Shown: one piece after another, positions 1 to 10,915 of the stretch
Layout of the letters: every line of letters begins with the position of its first letter
How positions within the stretch are numbered: the first letter of the stretch is position 1
Assembly (NCBI GenBank): GCA_024648695.1
Contig: JACAVV010000013.1
Location: 41,051 to 105,050, forward strand
Origin: Nitrospina sp.
GTDB taxonomy: Bacteria > Nitrospinota > Nitrospinia > Nitrospinales > JACRGP01
Length of the DNA: 64,000 nucleotides
Direction: 5' to 3'
The notes under the pieces: model-generated
The model's database searches: none
What the model was told of the DNA's origin: nothing
The model's input: the letters and a program-made list of their open reading frames with translations, nothing else
Program-made: the position numbers and the translations under genes

Positions 1-745
1 GGGTGATGCTTTTATCTTTGGCGAATATCTCATAAGTTTTGATGTATTCCTCGGCAAGACGATTGATGGAATCCTGTTTGGTGTGCAAAGACAAATTTCC
101 ACTCTCGATTACAGAAACGTCGAGAAGATCACTGATCAGTTCCAGCATGTTGTTGCTGACTTTATGAATCGTTTGTGTGAATTGGGCGCGACTTGCTTCA
201 GATAGTTTATCTCCCCGTTCGGCCAGGATTTTAGAAAAACCCCGAATGGTTGATAGGGGGTTGCGCAAGTCGTGTGAGGCCATCCCGAGAAATTTGTTTT
301 TCAGTTCGTTGAGCTCGCGCAGGTTATTGTTTTGAGTTTCCAGTTGATGGACCAGGTGTTGCAGTTTCAGATGCGTGCGAATGCGCGCGCAGACTTCTTC
401 ATGCCGAAAAGGTTTGGCGATGTAATCGATACCTCCTACGGAAAATCCTTTGACAATATCCTCCGTCTCTGTTTTTGCGGTGATGAATATGATAGGAATT
501 ACTGCAGTGTCTGGGTCAGATTTTAACCTCCGGCAAGTTTCGTATCCGTCGATTCCCGGTAGCATAATGTCGAGCAAAATTAAATCCGGGAGGGCCTGCG
601 TTACCAGATCCAAAGCTCCCTGCCCGGAAGAGGCGACAAACAATTTGTAGCCTTCCGGTTCCAAGGTCTGAAACAGGACATCAATATTAGCTGGAGTGTC
701 GTCGACAATGAGAATTTTACTGCCCTGCAACTCTTTTTCATTCAT
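1..745 (-). CDS. Hybrid response-regulator/histidine kinase, N-terminal part only (gene continues beyond the left edge)
   Basis: Absent from the ORF track because there is no stop in the window. My reverse-strand translation from the ATG near 745 gives MNEKELQGSKILIVDDTPANIDVL...LLDIMLPGIDGYE (receiver domain). This is followed by a coiled coil and the H-box FLGMASHDLRNPLSTIRG (HisKA). The start overlaps the stop of the upstream kinase (ATGAATGA). The coordinate of the start is +/-1 nt. Confidence 0.8.
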   Translation of the reverse strand, partial: MNEKELQGSKILIVDDTPANIDVLFQTLEPEGYKLFVASSGQGALDLVTQALPDLILLDIMLPGIDGYETCRRLKSDPDTAVIPIIFITAKTETEDIVKGFSVGGIDYIAKPFRHEEVCARIRTHLKLQHLVHQLETQNNNLRELNELKNKFLGMASHDLRNPLSTIRGFSKILAERGDKLSEASRAQFTQTIHKVSNNMLELISDLLDVSVIESGNLSLHTKQDSINRLAEEYIKTYEIFAKDKSIT

Positions 746-3260
746 GGTGGATTTTTTCCAGAATTTTGAGGATTCCATCCAGATCGTATCGAGCAAATAA
801 TGGTTTCATTTCCAGGGCCAGAGACTGATAATCTTTTTCTCCCCGGTCTAACTCTGCCAGATGGACTTTGAAGTCGGTGATGTCATGAAGTTTGGCGGCA
901 AGCTTGAGACGTTCCAAAAGGTCTTTGGGCAAGCGGATTTGCGAGTAATCCAGTGATTGGGGTTCTCCCGGATCGTCTTGCCGTTCCGGGGATGTGCTTT
1001 CGAATTCTACATTTAATAATTTTTGCAGGCAATTGATGATCCTTTCAATTCGAAAGGGTTTGGAAATAAAATCTTCACAACCCGATTGCACGATTACTTC
1101 TCTTTGATGCTCGAAAACAGACGCTGTAATAGCCACCGTTTTAATTGCGTTTCCGGGGAGCTTTCTTTTTATTTCCTGAATCGCATCGATACCGTTCATT
1201 ACCGGCATACGCATGTCCATGAACACAATATCCGGTTTCTGTGCGAGAGCCTGGTCTACGGCTTCCTGTCCATTTTCGGCCAAAATGACATTTGCGCCCA
1301 GATCGTTCAATATTTGCCACAAGACATCACGGTTGTGCTGATTATCATCGGCAACCAATGCCTTAACGGAAAACCCCTGGACCAGGTGGCAGGTCTCCAC
1401 ATCCCATTTTTTTCGCGCCAGAACATTGTCTTGTGCAGGAGGCAGATTCAAGCTGAAGAAGAATCGTGCCCCCTTTTCGGGAGCCGACTCCAGAGAGAGC
1501 GTGCCTCCCATCAGGTCCACGATTTTTTTTACGATCGTCAGGCCCAGACCTGTCCCGCCTTTTTGCATACCTTCCGGCTCCTGCTCAAAAGGATCAAAAA
1601 TACTTTCCTGGAATTTTTGCGGAATGCCTTTTCCGGAATCGCTGACTTCGAATCGATAGAGATGATTTTCCATTGGCGTCACGATCAGGGAAATAAAGCC
1701 ACTGTCTACAAATTTTACTGCGTTTCCCAATAGGTTGATCAGGACCTGTTTCAACTTGATTTCATCGGCATGAACATAAATCGGATCTTCGGCCAATCCC
1801 TCCACCTGCCATTTTAAATGTTTTTCTTCACATAAAGGTTGAATGATGGCGGAAAGGTCTCTAACCAGTTCCTGCAAATCAAAGTCCTCGGGATTCAATT
1901 CGAGTTTCCCGGCTTCGATTTTTGAAATATGAAGGATGTCGTTAATGATCCTGAGCAAATGGTCGCCATTATTGAGGATGTTTTCTACATTGGAAATCTG
2001 GTTGGCATTCAGGTTTTTTTGTCGGGCCAAAATTTGTGCATAGCCCAAAATAGCATTCATCGGTGTGCGAATTTCATGACTCATATTAGCAAGAAAGGCG
2101 CTTTTCGCACGGTTCGCCAGTTCGGCTTCTTCCTTGGCAATTTTCAGTTTGTTCTCGACTTGCTGACGGGCACTGATTTCCTGAGTCAGTTGGTCGTTGG
2201 TTCGGGTCAATTCTTCGGTTCTTAAAGTGACCTGGTTTTCCACTTGCCGGGTGCGTGATGCCATCATTTGAAAAATGATACTCACGAAAATGGAAATCCC
2301 CAGAACACTGCCGGAAACCCAAAAAGAATATCCGGTTTTTGGTCCACCCAGAAACTGCTCGTTACCCTGCCAAACCAGCAACCAGCGACGTCCGGAAAAA
2401 TTGATAACGCTTTTGTCTTCCAGAAGAGGATTCGAAAGAGGTTCACCATACAACTTGTTCTCACTTGCGGTGCTATCGTCTTCGAAAATCATCAGATTCA
2501 TTCCCCGGGGGAGATATTGATCCGCCAGTTTATCCATCATTGTCTGAATGAGATAAATTCCTAAAAGGAAGCCCCGGATTGACTTCCTTCGATCCTCAAT
2601 ATTTTCGGGAGTGGTCCGGCTTTCAAAAAATGGAGCAAAAATGAGAATCACGGGTTCCCCATTGGATCCGTCCATCCATGGGATTATTCGGGTAGCCAGA
2701 GGTTTGCCAAAGTCGCGCGAGTCATTCATGTCTTTCAACCGGGCCGGGTCGCTGGCCCAGTCAAATCCCAACTGACTGGTTGAATCCTGTGAAAGCGGTT
2801 CCTGGTAAAATACCGGATAATATTCCTTTCGTTTGGAAGCGCGAACCAACTGCTTGCTGGAATCTAGTTCCTTAAAGGAATATTTGGTGAATCCTTCAGT
2901 CTGGATTTTAGCTTCGTAAAATTGACGAAGCGGATGGGATACTTTGGGCACCCATTCGAAACCTTGAATGAACTTGTGCTTTTCCAGCAAGGGGTTGACG
3001 TAGGCCGCAAAATCCTGACGGCTGACGTGTTCGGACGCGTTGTAGAGGGAAACGATTCCCATTAACTCCTGTTCCAGGCCTTCAAGTTTACCCACCAGAA
3101 TCAATGTGTTTTCCAGCACCTCTTGCTTCAGTTCATCGGACCAGATGCGTTGTTGCTGATTCCAGACGATGAAAAATGCAATGGTGGCGAAAAAGAAACC
3201 AAATGCCAGAATCCATAAAGTCTGGTTAGCAAGGTTCCGGATGTGGGTTAAAAATTTCAT
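738..3260 (-). CDS. CHASE-domain hybrid sensor histidine kinase (TM - periplasmic CHASE-like - TM - coiled coil - HisKA - HATPase - receiver - C-terminal helical, possibly HPt-like tail)
   Basis: 840-aa ORF. N-terminal TM (LWILAFGFFFATIAFFIVW), a ~250-aa extracytoplasmic region, then a second TM. H-box MSHEIRTPMNAILGY, G-box GTGLGLTIVKKIVDLMGG, and receiver ALVADDNQHNRDVL...DIVFMDMRMPVMNG. Confidence 0.9.
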   Translation of the reverse strand: MKFLTHIRNLANQTLWILAFGFFFATIAFFIVWNQQQRIWSDELKQEVLENTLILVGKLEGLEQELMGIVSLYNASEHVSRQDFAAYVNPLLEKHKFIQGFEWVPKVSHPLRQFYEAKIQTEGFTKYSFKELDSSKQLVRASKRKEYYPVFYQEPLSQDSTSQLGFDWASDPARLKDMNDSRDFGKPLATRIIPWMDGSNGEPVILIFAPFFESRTTPENIEDRRKSIRGFLLGIYLIQTMMDKLADQYLPRGMNLMIFEDDSTASENKLYGEPLSNPLLEDKSVINFSGRRWLLVWQGNEQFLGGPKTGYSFWVSGSVLGISIFVSIIFQMMASRTRQVENQVTLRTEELTRTNDQLTQEISARQQVENKLKIAKEEAELANRAKSAFLANMSHEIRTPMNAILGYAQILARQKNLNANQISNVENILNNGDHLLRIINDILHISKIEAGKLELNPEDFDLQELVRDLSAIIQPLCEEKHLKWQVEGLAEDPIYVHADEIKLKQVLINLLGNAVKFVDSGFISLIVTPMENHLYRFEVSDSGKGIPQKFQESIFDPFEQEPEGMQKGGTGLGLTIVKKIVDLMGGTLSLESAPEKGARFFFSLNLPPAQDNVLARKKWDVETCHLVQGFSVKALVADDNQHNRDVLWQILNDLGANVILAENGQEAVDQALAQKPDIVFMDMRMPVMNGIDAIQEIKRKLPGNAIKTVAITASVFEHQREVIVQSGCEDFISKPFRIERIINCLQKLLNVEFESTSPERQDDPGEPQSLDYSQIRLPKDLLERLKLAAKLHDITDFKVHLAELDRGEKDYQSLALEMKPLFARYDLDGILKILEKIHHE

Positions 3261-3411
3261 GGTACTATCAATATAACATGAGAAAGAGTGCGGAAGCTTA
3301 AGGGTTCTTTTCTTATCAAAATAACAATCATTGTCTTTACTGCAAGCTAATCAGGATTATGATAATATTTTTGGTGAGCCATGATTACGGAGTGATCCCC
3401 TTTTTGAACCG

Positions 3412-3609
3412 ATGAAATCTTTCATTCTGCATTCTATATCTCTAATCGTATTTTTATCGACTTTGACATCCTGCCGTACACTGTTCGAAATGGGACAGGA
3501 ATACGAGCAGGAGCAATGCCGAGAAATTCCTTCTGCCAAAAACTGCCAAAGAATGAGTTATGAAGATTACCAAACTGAACGGGAAAAAGTTTTGAAAAAA
3601 ACGGAATAG
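3412..3609 (+). CDS. Small putative lipoprotein (65 aa)
   Basis: Signal peptide with a lipobox-like LTSC (MKSFILHSISLIVFLSTLTSC). No recognisable family and a short ORF. Confidence 0.3.
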   Translation: MKSFILHSISLIVFLSTLTSCRTLFEMGQEYEQEQCREIPSAKNCQRMSYEDYQTEREKVLKKTE

Positions 3610-3704
3610 GTGCGCCTTCAGTAGAAAATAGGCTCCATTTAAAACCAAACTGTTTTAATTCATTATTCAATAAACCTCGAAAAAGCTTTTATAAGGAATC
3701 CACC

Positions 3705-4496
3705 ATGAGAGCACTTTTAACTCTTTTATTAGTTTTCACTTTTTCATCTACATCTTTGGCCGCCGTCGTTACAAAAGATGTCGAGTATAAGGTTGATGAT
3801 ACGACCTTAAAAGGATATTTAGCCTACGATGATTCGGTTAGCGGTCGCCGTCCCGGAATTCTGGTGGTTCATGAGTGGTGGGGACACAATGAACACGCCC
3901 GTTCGCGGGCCAGCATGTTAGCCGAATTGGGCTATACGGCACTGGCTATTGATATGTACGGAAATGGAGAAACGGCCGATCATCCGAAAAAAGCAGGAGA
4001 ACTGATGAATGATGCTTTCGCCAATTGGGACCGCTCTCAGAAACGCTTCTTTGCGGGAATGAAATTATTGCAGTCCCAGGAGACTGTTGATCCTCAAAAG
4101 ATCGGAGCTATCGGGTTTTGTTTCGGAGGGGCGGTATCGATTCGAATGGCTCGGAGTGGCGCGGATCTCGATGGCGTTGTTGGTTTTCATAGCGCCTTAC
4201 CCAAAGGACCTGCAATGACAAAGGGAGACGTGAAAGCATCCATACTCGTCATGAATGGATCCGAAGACTCCTTTTTAAAATCGGATGAAGTCGCCACCTT
4301 CATGAAGGAAATGATGGATGCCAATGTTGATGCGACGTATATCAATCTGTCCGGAATCAAGCACAGCTACACCAACAAAAAAGCCGACGAGTTTCGAAGC
4401 AAATTTGGAATCAAAAATCTTGAGTACAACAAGGAAGCGGACGAGCGCACCTGGAAACGTATGCAGGAGTTTTTTGACCGGGTTTTCCAGAAATAA
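3705..4496 (+). CDS. Secreted dienelactone hydrolase family protein
   Basis: Signal peptide MRALLTLLLVFTFSSTSLAA. DLH-type motifs VVHEWWGHNEH and nucleophile elbow GFCFGG, with a C-terminal His (IKHSY). Confidence 0.85.
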   Translation: MRALLTLLLVFTFSSTSLAAVVTKDVEYKVDDTTLKGYLAYDDSVSGRRPGILVVHEWWGHNEHARSRASMLAELGYTALAIDMYGNGETADHPKKAGELMNDAFANWDRSQKRFFAGMKLLQSQETVDPQKIGAIGFCFGGAVSIRMARSGADLDGVVGFHSALPKGPAMTKGDVKASILVMNGSEDSFLKSDEVATFMKEMMDANVDATYINLSGIKHSYTNKKADEFRSKFGIKNLEYNKEADERTWKRMQEFFDRVFQK

Positions 4497-4649
4497 TTGA
4501 ATTCAACAACTTTAATTTGATGGGTGAGCAAAGCGAGCCTGGCCGCACAGCTATCTAAAGTATAATTCGGGTTGAACACGGCCAGATGAACCATAGCAAA
4601 ACTTTTACTTTATAGGCCGGAGCCTCCTCCAGGCGAAGCCTGTTAACTT

Positions 4650-4689
4650 AAAAAAAAACCCCCGATCTCCTTCTTAGGGGAGACCGGGG
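4650..4689 (-). terminator. Rho-independent terminator of groESL
   Basis: On the minus strand: GC-rich hairpin CCCCGGTCTCC-loop-GGAGATCGGGG (10 of 11 bp paired) followed by a run of 9 T. It lies 37 nt downstream of the groEL stop. Confidence 0.6.
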
Positions 4690-4725
4690 TATTTGGCAAT
4701 TGGTAGAGTCAATCGGGGGTGAGGC

Positions 4726-6408
<1,683 letters not shown>

Positions 6409-6452
6409 TTAAAATTTATGAAATCTTTTAATCGGGAAAGGGGGAGATTGGT

Positions 6453-6740
6453 TTACTCGAGAACACCTAAAATGTCGTCTTCGCGCATCAAGAGAAAATC
6501 TTCACCGTCAATTTTAATATCGGTTCCTGAATATTTTCCGTATAAAACCTTGTCGCCAACTTTAACGTCGGGCGCAGTTCTTTGGCCATCTTCACGCAAT
6601 TTTCCGGTGCCTACCGCTTTAACGCGGCCTTCAATGGGTTTTTCCTTAGCGCTGTCGGGGATAATGATGCCGCCTTTACGAACTTCCTTCTCCAAAATGG
6701 GCTGGACTAAAATCCTGTCTTGCAGGGGGCGAATCTTCAT
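6453..6740 (-). CDS. groS: Co-chaperonin GroES (10 kDa)
   Basis: [14 protein letters not shown]...[13 protein letters not shown] moved the start to the ATG at 6740, which is preceded by AAGGAG at 6-nt spacing. The track start at 6755 is a TTG lying over that SD. Confidence 0.95.
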   Translation of the reverse strand: MKIRPLQDRILVQPILEKEVRKGGIIIPDSAKEKPIEGRVKAVGTGKLREDGQRTAPDVKVGDKVLYGKYSGTDIKIDGEDFLLMREDDILGVLE

Positions 6741-6879
6741 AGCAACTCCTTTCAAAAAAATGTTATTCTGTTTAGAAATTCAGCTTATCTAGACTTGTTT
6801 TCGCTGGTATTTGGTTTTATATTCAATGCCTTAACTAAAATCTGGCATGAAATACTATTAATAAGGACCAAAAAATTTG

Positions 6880-6906
6880 TTAGCACTCGTCATAGGCGAG
6901 CGCTAA
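6880..6906. promoter_or_regulatory. CIRCE operator (HrcA binding site) of groESL
   Basis: TTAGCACTC-GTCATAGGC-GAGCGCTAA compared with consensus TTAGCACTC-N9-GAGTGCTAA (one mismatch). It lies ~140 nt upstream of the groES start. Confidence 0.85.
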
Positions 6907-6907
6907 T

Positions 6908-6935
6908 ACTATAAAATGGCCTTTTCAAAAAGCAA
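6908..6935 (-). promoter_or_regulatory. Sigma70-like promoter of groESL immediately upstream of CIRCE
   Basis: Minus strand reads TTGCTT-N16-TATAGT. The -10 ends 2 nt before the CIRCE repeat, the classical promoter-CIRCE arrangement. Confidence 0.45.
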
Positions 6936-6979
6936 GGCCGCACCCCAAAAATTTTCCAAAATTCTTTATTTTTTTATAA

Positions 6980-7381
6980 ATGAAAACTGTTCCTTCAAAA
7001 ACTTTAGACGTTTTTCCTAACCCGAATCCGGAAAGGGACTACGAAATTCACATGGAATGCCCGGAATTCACCTGTCTCTGTCCCAAAACAGGTCAACCGG
7101 ACTTTGCGGTGATCAATATTTTTTACACTCCGAACAACCTGTGTGTAGAATTAAAGTCATTAAAACTTTATTTATGGTCTTACAGGGACGAAGGGGCTTT
7201 TCACGAGGCAGTGATTAATAAAATACTCGACGATCTGGTCAACGCGGTCAACCCGCGTCATATGAAAGTAGTAGGAAAGTTTTTAGTGCGCGGCGGAATT
7301 TATACAACCGTTACCGTCGAGCATACCGGCTCGAAAAAACGAAAAGTTGCCAAAAACTCCAAGAAAGCAAAGAAATCCTGA
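6980..7381 (+). CDS. queF: NADPH-dependent 7-cyano-7-deazaguanine (preQ0) reductase, type I QueF
   Basis: Contains the QueF signature [15 protein letters not shown], plus [10 protein letters not shown] and E(A)FHE. Carries an unusual Lys-rich C-terminal tail. Confidence 0.9.
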   Translation: MKTVPSKTLDVFPNPNPERDYEIHMECPEFTCLCPKTGQPDFAVINIFYTPNNLCVELKSLKLYLWSYRDEGAFHEAVINKILDDLVNAVNPRHMKVVGKFLVRGGIYTTVTVEHTGSKKRKVAKNSKKAKKS

Positions 7382-7389
7382 GAATTAGT

Positions 7390-7728
7390 ATGCTGGAACG
7401 ACAAGGGGAATGTAATCAATGCGGAAAATGTTGTGAAACGGTGAACATCACTGCCGTTCGCGACATCACGTTGCGTCAGCATGGAAACCTGGAAGAGCTG
7501 AAGCGTTACCTTGAATACCGGAGAATCCGGCTGGTGGGAGAAGATATTGGAAACAATCTATTGTTCTACGAGCTTCCCATTCCGTGCCAGCATTTAACAG
7601 TGGAGAAAACCTGTAACATTCATAATTCTCCAGATTTACCCTTGATTTGCAGAAAATACCCTTGGGCACCGGATGATATATCCGAATGTTCGTATACTTT
7701 TGAGAAAAAACTTGTGCCCGGAATGTAA
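7390..7728 (+). CDS. YkgJ-like CxxCxxCC zinc/iron-chelating domain protein
   Basis: N-terminal CNQCGKCCE motif plus later Cys residues (PIPCQH, TCNIHN, LICRKYPW), typical of the UPF0153/YkgJ family. Confidence 0.6.
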   Translation: MLERQGECNQCGKCCETVNITAVRDITLRQHGNLEELKRYLEYRRIRLVGEDIGNNLLFYELPIPCQHLTVEKTCNIHNSPDLPLICRKYPWAPDDISECSYTFEKKLVPGM

Positions 7729-8036
7729 AAGCGCAAAATTAAGATATCCTTCGATAATAGCACCTATTAATATAGATTGCGCTACAATCAAAAACTCCAA
7801 AAACCTTTTTAACATGAGTTCGGATAAGAAAGGGGAAACTCAAAATAGAGTTTACAATGGCCAAAGAACTTATTGAGGGCTCTATTTTTCAGACCTTCGG
7901 CCATATTTATCCCCCTTTATGATAGAAATGCGTGGAGAATTTCCCGAGAAGTCTCATGCGGGTTTTGTTGCGAACCGCAGAAATGTTTAGCCTGGTTTTG
8001 TAACGCCCAGAACAATCTACAATCAGGGGGTTCGTT

Positions 8037-9146
8037 TCAGCTTATTTGGGGAGGCGCTTCATGGGGTTTTGGGCCTTCCACTGGCTTATACTGCATGGTG
8101 CGGCGTTGGGGTGTTTGGCCTGTGTCTTCGATGAGACGCTGGATTTCTGTTTCATTCATGCGGTATCCGGTACCGGCGGCTTTAACGACGTTTTCCTCGA
8201 TCATAGTACTGCCCATATCATTAGCTCCGTAATATAAAGCCATTTGTCCTATTTTGGGTCCTTGCGTGACCCAGGAGCTTTGCAGGTTGTCGAAGTTGTC
8301 CAAAACGATCCGGCTGATTGCCAGAGTTTTCAGGTATTCCACTCCCGTCACTGTTTTTCCTTTAAGTTCTTCGCCCAATGGGCTAAATCCCGGTTGAAAA
8401 CTCCAGGGAATGAAGGCGGTAAATCCGCCAGTTTTGTCTTGTTGCTCACGCAGGCGGATAAGATGTTCAACCCGTTCTTCCAAAGTTTCTACATGACCAA
8501 ACATCATCGTCGCAGTAGTTGGAATACCTTTAAGGTGAGCCTTTTCCATAACCAGCAACCACTCGTCAGCAGTGCATTTTTTTGAGCTGATTTTATTACG
8601 CACCCGGTCGACCAGAATCTCGGCTCCACCGCCAGGAATGGAATCAAGGCCTGCTTCTCGCAAGCGCGCCAAGGTATCGTCCAGAGAGATTTGCGATACG
8701 CGGCTGATATGGTGAATTTCAGAGGGAGACAAAGCGTGCAGGTGAATTCCAAAATCCGCTTTAATGCGTCGGAACAGATCTTCAAAATAATCTATTTTCA
8801 AATCGGCGTTGTGGCCTCCTTGCAATAAAATCTGGTTTCCCCCCAACTCTATGGTCTCACGAATTTTTTCAGCAATGGTTTCATAGGGGTGAACGTAGGA
8901 ATCCTCATCCATTTTCTTACGATAGAACGCACAGAAGGTGCAATCGGTAACGCAAATATTCGTGTAGTTGATATTGCGGTCGATAATATAGGTCACCACC
9001 TTGTCGTTTTTCTTCCTGCGCATGAGGCGATTGGCCACGTTTCCAAGCAGGGCCATATCGGTCATTTCAAACAAATCGACGGCTTCGCTCGCAGAAACCC
9101 GTTCACCTTCAAGGGCTTTTTTCAATATTGTTTCGTGTTGAATCAT
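8037..9146 (-). CDS. Futalosine-pathway menaquinone radical SAM enzyme (MqnC/MqnE family; MqnC-like by the IDRNINYTNIC...FCAFYR context)
   Basis: 369 aa. CxxxCxxC cluster motif CVTDCTFCAFYRK. The CofH/Mqn-type layout is visible: GGNQILLQGGHN, IHLHALSPSEI, GLDSIPGGGAEIL, MMFGHVET. I cannot separate MqnC from MqnE without an HMM. Confidence 0.8.
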   Translation of the reverse strand: MIQHETILKKALEGERVSASEAVDLFEMTDMALLGNVANRLMRRKKNDKVVTYIIDRNINYTNICVTDCTFCAFYRKKMDEDSYVHPYETIAEKIRETIELGGNQILLQGGHNADLKIDYFEDLFRRIKADFGIHLHALSPSEIHHISRVSQISLDDTLARLREAGLDSIPGGGAEILVDRVRNKISSKKCTADEWLLVMEKAHLKGIPTTATMMFGHVETLEERVEHLIRLREQQDKTGGFTAFIPWSFQPGFSPLGEELKGKTVTGVEYLKTLAISRIVLDNFDNLQSSWVTQGPKIGQMALYYGANDMGSTMIEENVVKAAGTGYRMNETEIQRLIEDTGQTPQRRTMQYKPVEGPKPHEAPPQIS

Positions 9147-9533
9147 TTATTTTTCGTCGTAGTGGATTTCGAGATGATTGTTATCCGGATCATTAAAGTA
9201 AATGGACACGCCGTCACCGCGTTTAACCGGGCCATCAATGGAAACCTTATGAGCTTTTAATTCTTCCACAATACCCTCAAAAGATTCCTTATCTGCTCCA
9301 AAGGCAAAATGCATATAGCCTTCTTCACTGAGCTTTTGCACAGAAGCACCGGTATCCAGATCGGGAGTTTCGAAAAGGGCAACTGCGGAGTTGCCGGTAT
9401 CCATCATGATATGACGCAGTCCTTTCGAAAAGCGATGCAGGACCTTAAAACCCAAAACGTCCCCATAAAACTTTTCTGCAAGGTCCAGATCACGTACATT
9501 GAGTGCAATATGATGGATGCCTTTGAGTTGCAT
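9147..9533 (-). CDS. VOC (glyoxalase/bleomycin-resistance/dioxygenase) family protein
   Basis: 128 aa starting GIHHIALNVRDLDLAEKFY...HFAF...HLEIH, typical VOC metal ligands. It abuts the start of the mqn gene with no gap. Confidence 0.8.
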   Translation of the reverse strand: MQLKGIHHIALNVRDLDLAEKFYGDVLGFKVLHRFSKGLRHIMMDTGNSAVALFETPDLDTGASVQKLSEEGYMHFAFGADKESFEGIVEELKAHKVSIDGPVKRGDGVSIYFNDPDNNHLEIHYDEK

Positions 9534-9545
9534 AAACCTTAGGCC

Positions 9546-9914
9546 TTAACGCAGGGACACGGCCTCAATGCCGTCGATTCCCGTATCTCCCAAGGGACGT
9601 TCCTCGGTGATCAGGAAAATATGGTAACCAAATTTGGTTTTGATGGGGCCACCCACCTCACCCAGTTTTGCGGCCATAGCGGCCTTCTCGACCTCGGGCG
9701 CAGAGGTGTTGTATTCCAGAAAACCCAAATCCCCACCCTTGTCGCGAGTTCCGCAGGCACTGTACTTCTTGGCCATTTTGGCAAAGGCTTTAAAAAGGAG
9801 TTCCTGATTGTCATATTCCTTTAAATGTTCGAATAACACATCAGCCAATTCCTGAGTGGTGAGCACAATATGGCTGAGCCGGATATCTCGTTGCATGGTG
9901 GCACTGTCCTTCAA
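9546..9914 (-). CDS. Parvulin-type peptidyl-prolyl cis-trans isomerase (PpiC-like, cytoplasmic)
   Basis: GGDLGFLEYNTSAPEVEKA...GPIKTKFGYHIFLI is a rotamase (PpiC) signature. No signal peptide. Confidence 0.85.
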   Translation of the reverse strand: MKDSATMQRDIRLSHIVLTTQELADVLFEHLKEYDNQELLFKAFAKMAKKYSACGTRDKGGDLGFLEYNTSAPEVEKAAMAAKLGEVGGPIKTKFGYHIFLITEERPLGDTGIDGIEAVSLR

Positions 9915-9997
9915 AATTTAGGGATGATTCGATTTTCTGTTTTATTGTACAGGATCGACCCGACTTTAGAAAGAGGAACTCGTTTTAATAGAGACTA

Positions 9998-10801
9998 TCA
10001 AAGAAAATGTTGCACCAAACTCATCACCCTGGGAATGAGTTTGGGACGGGCCAATCGGCGGTCGTAGGGATTCAATCGACGTTTGTTTTCTTTAAGACAC
10101 AACTCAACAAAACTTCTCGGAGACAGCGAAGACCCTTCCAACTCGGTAGCTTGCATTGTAAACGAGGTTCCGTCCAGTTCTTTTTTCAAATCCATCAAAC
10201 GACGATAACCTGCGTCTACAAACGACCAATAAATGCGCAACCCGAAAAAGGGTTGAAGCAGTAAAGGACGCCGGTTGTATTGGTAATTCATCCAGTTTTG
10301 AATGAATAAAATATGCCGCGCCTCTTCCTGAACCACAGGTTCCATCGCTTCGATAAGTTCAATCGGGTAATCGTCGGTGGATTTGGAAACCTCAATAAAA
10401 CCGAAAGCAAAAAAGGAATCGATGCACTCCCCTGCTCCGGTGCTTAAAAAAACACCTTCCAGGTCTTCATCCAAAGGGTTGGGTTCCAGTTCATTAAAAG
10501 GGATACCATAGCGGTTCAGGAAATATTTTATGATATCCGCATGACGCCCTTCTTCATAACCCTGCAACGCCAGGGCTTCTTTTAATAGAGGGTCGGTTTC
10601 CTCTTCGGAATAGGCCATCAATTTGTTATACACGGAGCGTTCGGTTTGTACGGCATAATCCCAAATAGGAAAGCCTGCAAGCTTATCAATCGTTTCCTGA
10701 CTCAGCTCCGGCCAGGGCAAATCTTTGGGTTCGAAAGGTTTATGGGTATCAATGAAAAAACGGCAAAATAATTCTTTATGTTCCTCGGATCCTGGTTGCA
10801 T
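9998..10801 (-). CDS. Ferritin-like di-iron carboxylate protein (AurF/desaturase-like oxygenase fold)
   Basis: Two ExxH di-iron motifs, EEGRHADII and QEEARHILFI, roughly 90 aa apart in a helical protein. The exact family was not determined. Confidence 0.55.
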   Translation of the reverse strand: MQPGSEEHKELFCRFFIDTHKPFEPKDLPWPELSQETIDKLAGFPIWDYAVQTERSVYNKLMAYSEEETDPLLKEALALQGYEEGRHADIIKYFLNRYGIPFNELEPNPLDEDLEGVFLSTGAGECIDSFFAFGFIEVSKSTDDYPIELIEAMEPVVQEEARHILFIQNWMNYQYNRRPLLLQPFFGLRIYWSFVDAGYRRLMDLKKELDGTSFTMQATELEGSSLSPRSFVELCLKENKRRLNPYDRRLARPKLIPRVMSLVQHFL

Positions 10802-10915
10802 GCTTGAAAACGTTTGAGATAGTTAGCGATAAAAATTTCAGTCGGGTATTTTTACCACAGTTGAGATAAACTTTCTAAGGTTTTTTCAGGAGTCTGAACA
10901 GGCTGGTTTTTTCGT

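Noticed and set aside
6914-6979. Possible preQ1 riboswitch or hairpin (GGCCTT-ttcaaaaagc-AAGGCC followed by CACCCCAAAAA) upstream of queF.
   Set aside because: It does not fit the preQ1-I stem plus A-rich tail/pseudoknot pattern. The hairpin overlaps the -35/spacer of the minus-strand groESL promoter, which explains the sequence better.
8037-9146. Assigning a definite mqnC (or mqnE) symbol to the futalosine-pathway radical SAM gene.
   Set aside because: MqnC, MqnE and CofG/H are too similar to separate by eye. The IDRNINYTNIC..FCAFYR context leans toward MqnC, but a TIGRFAM/HMM comparison is needed.
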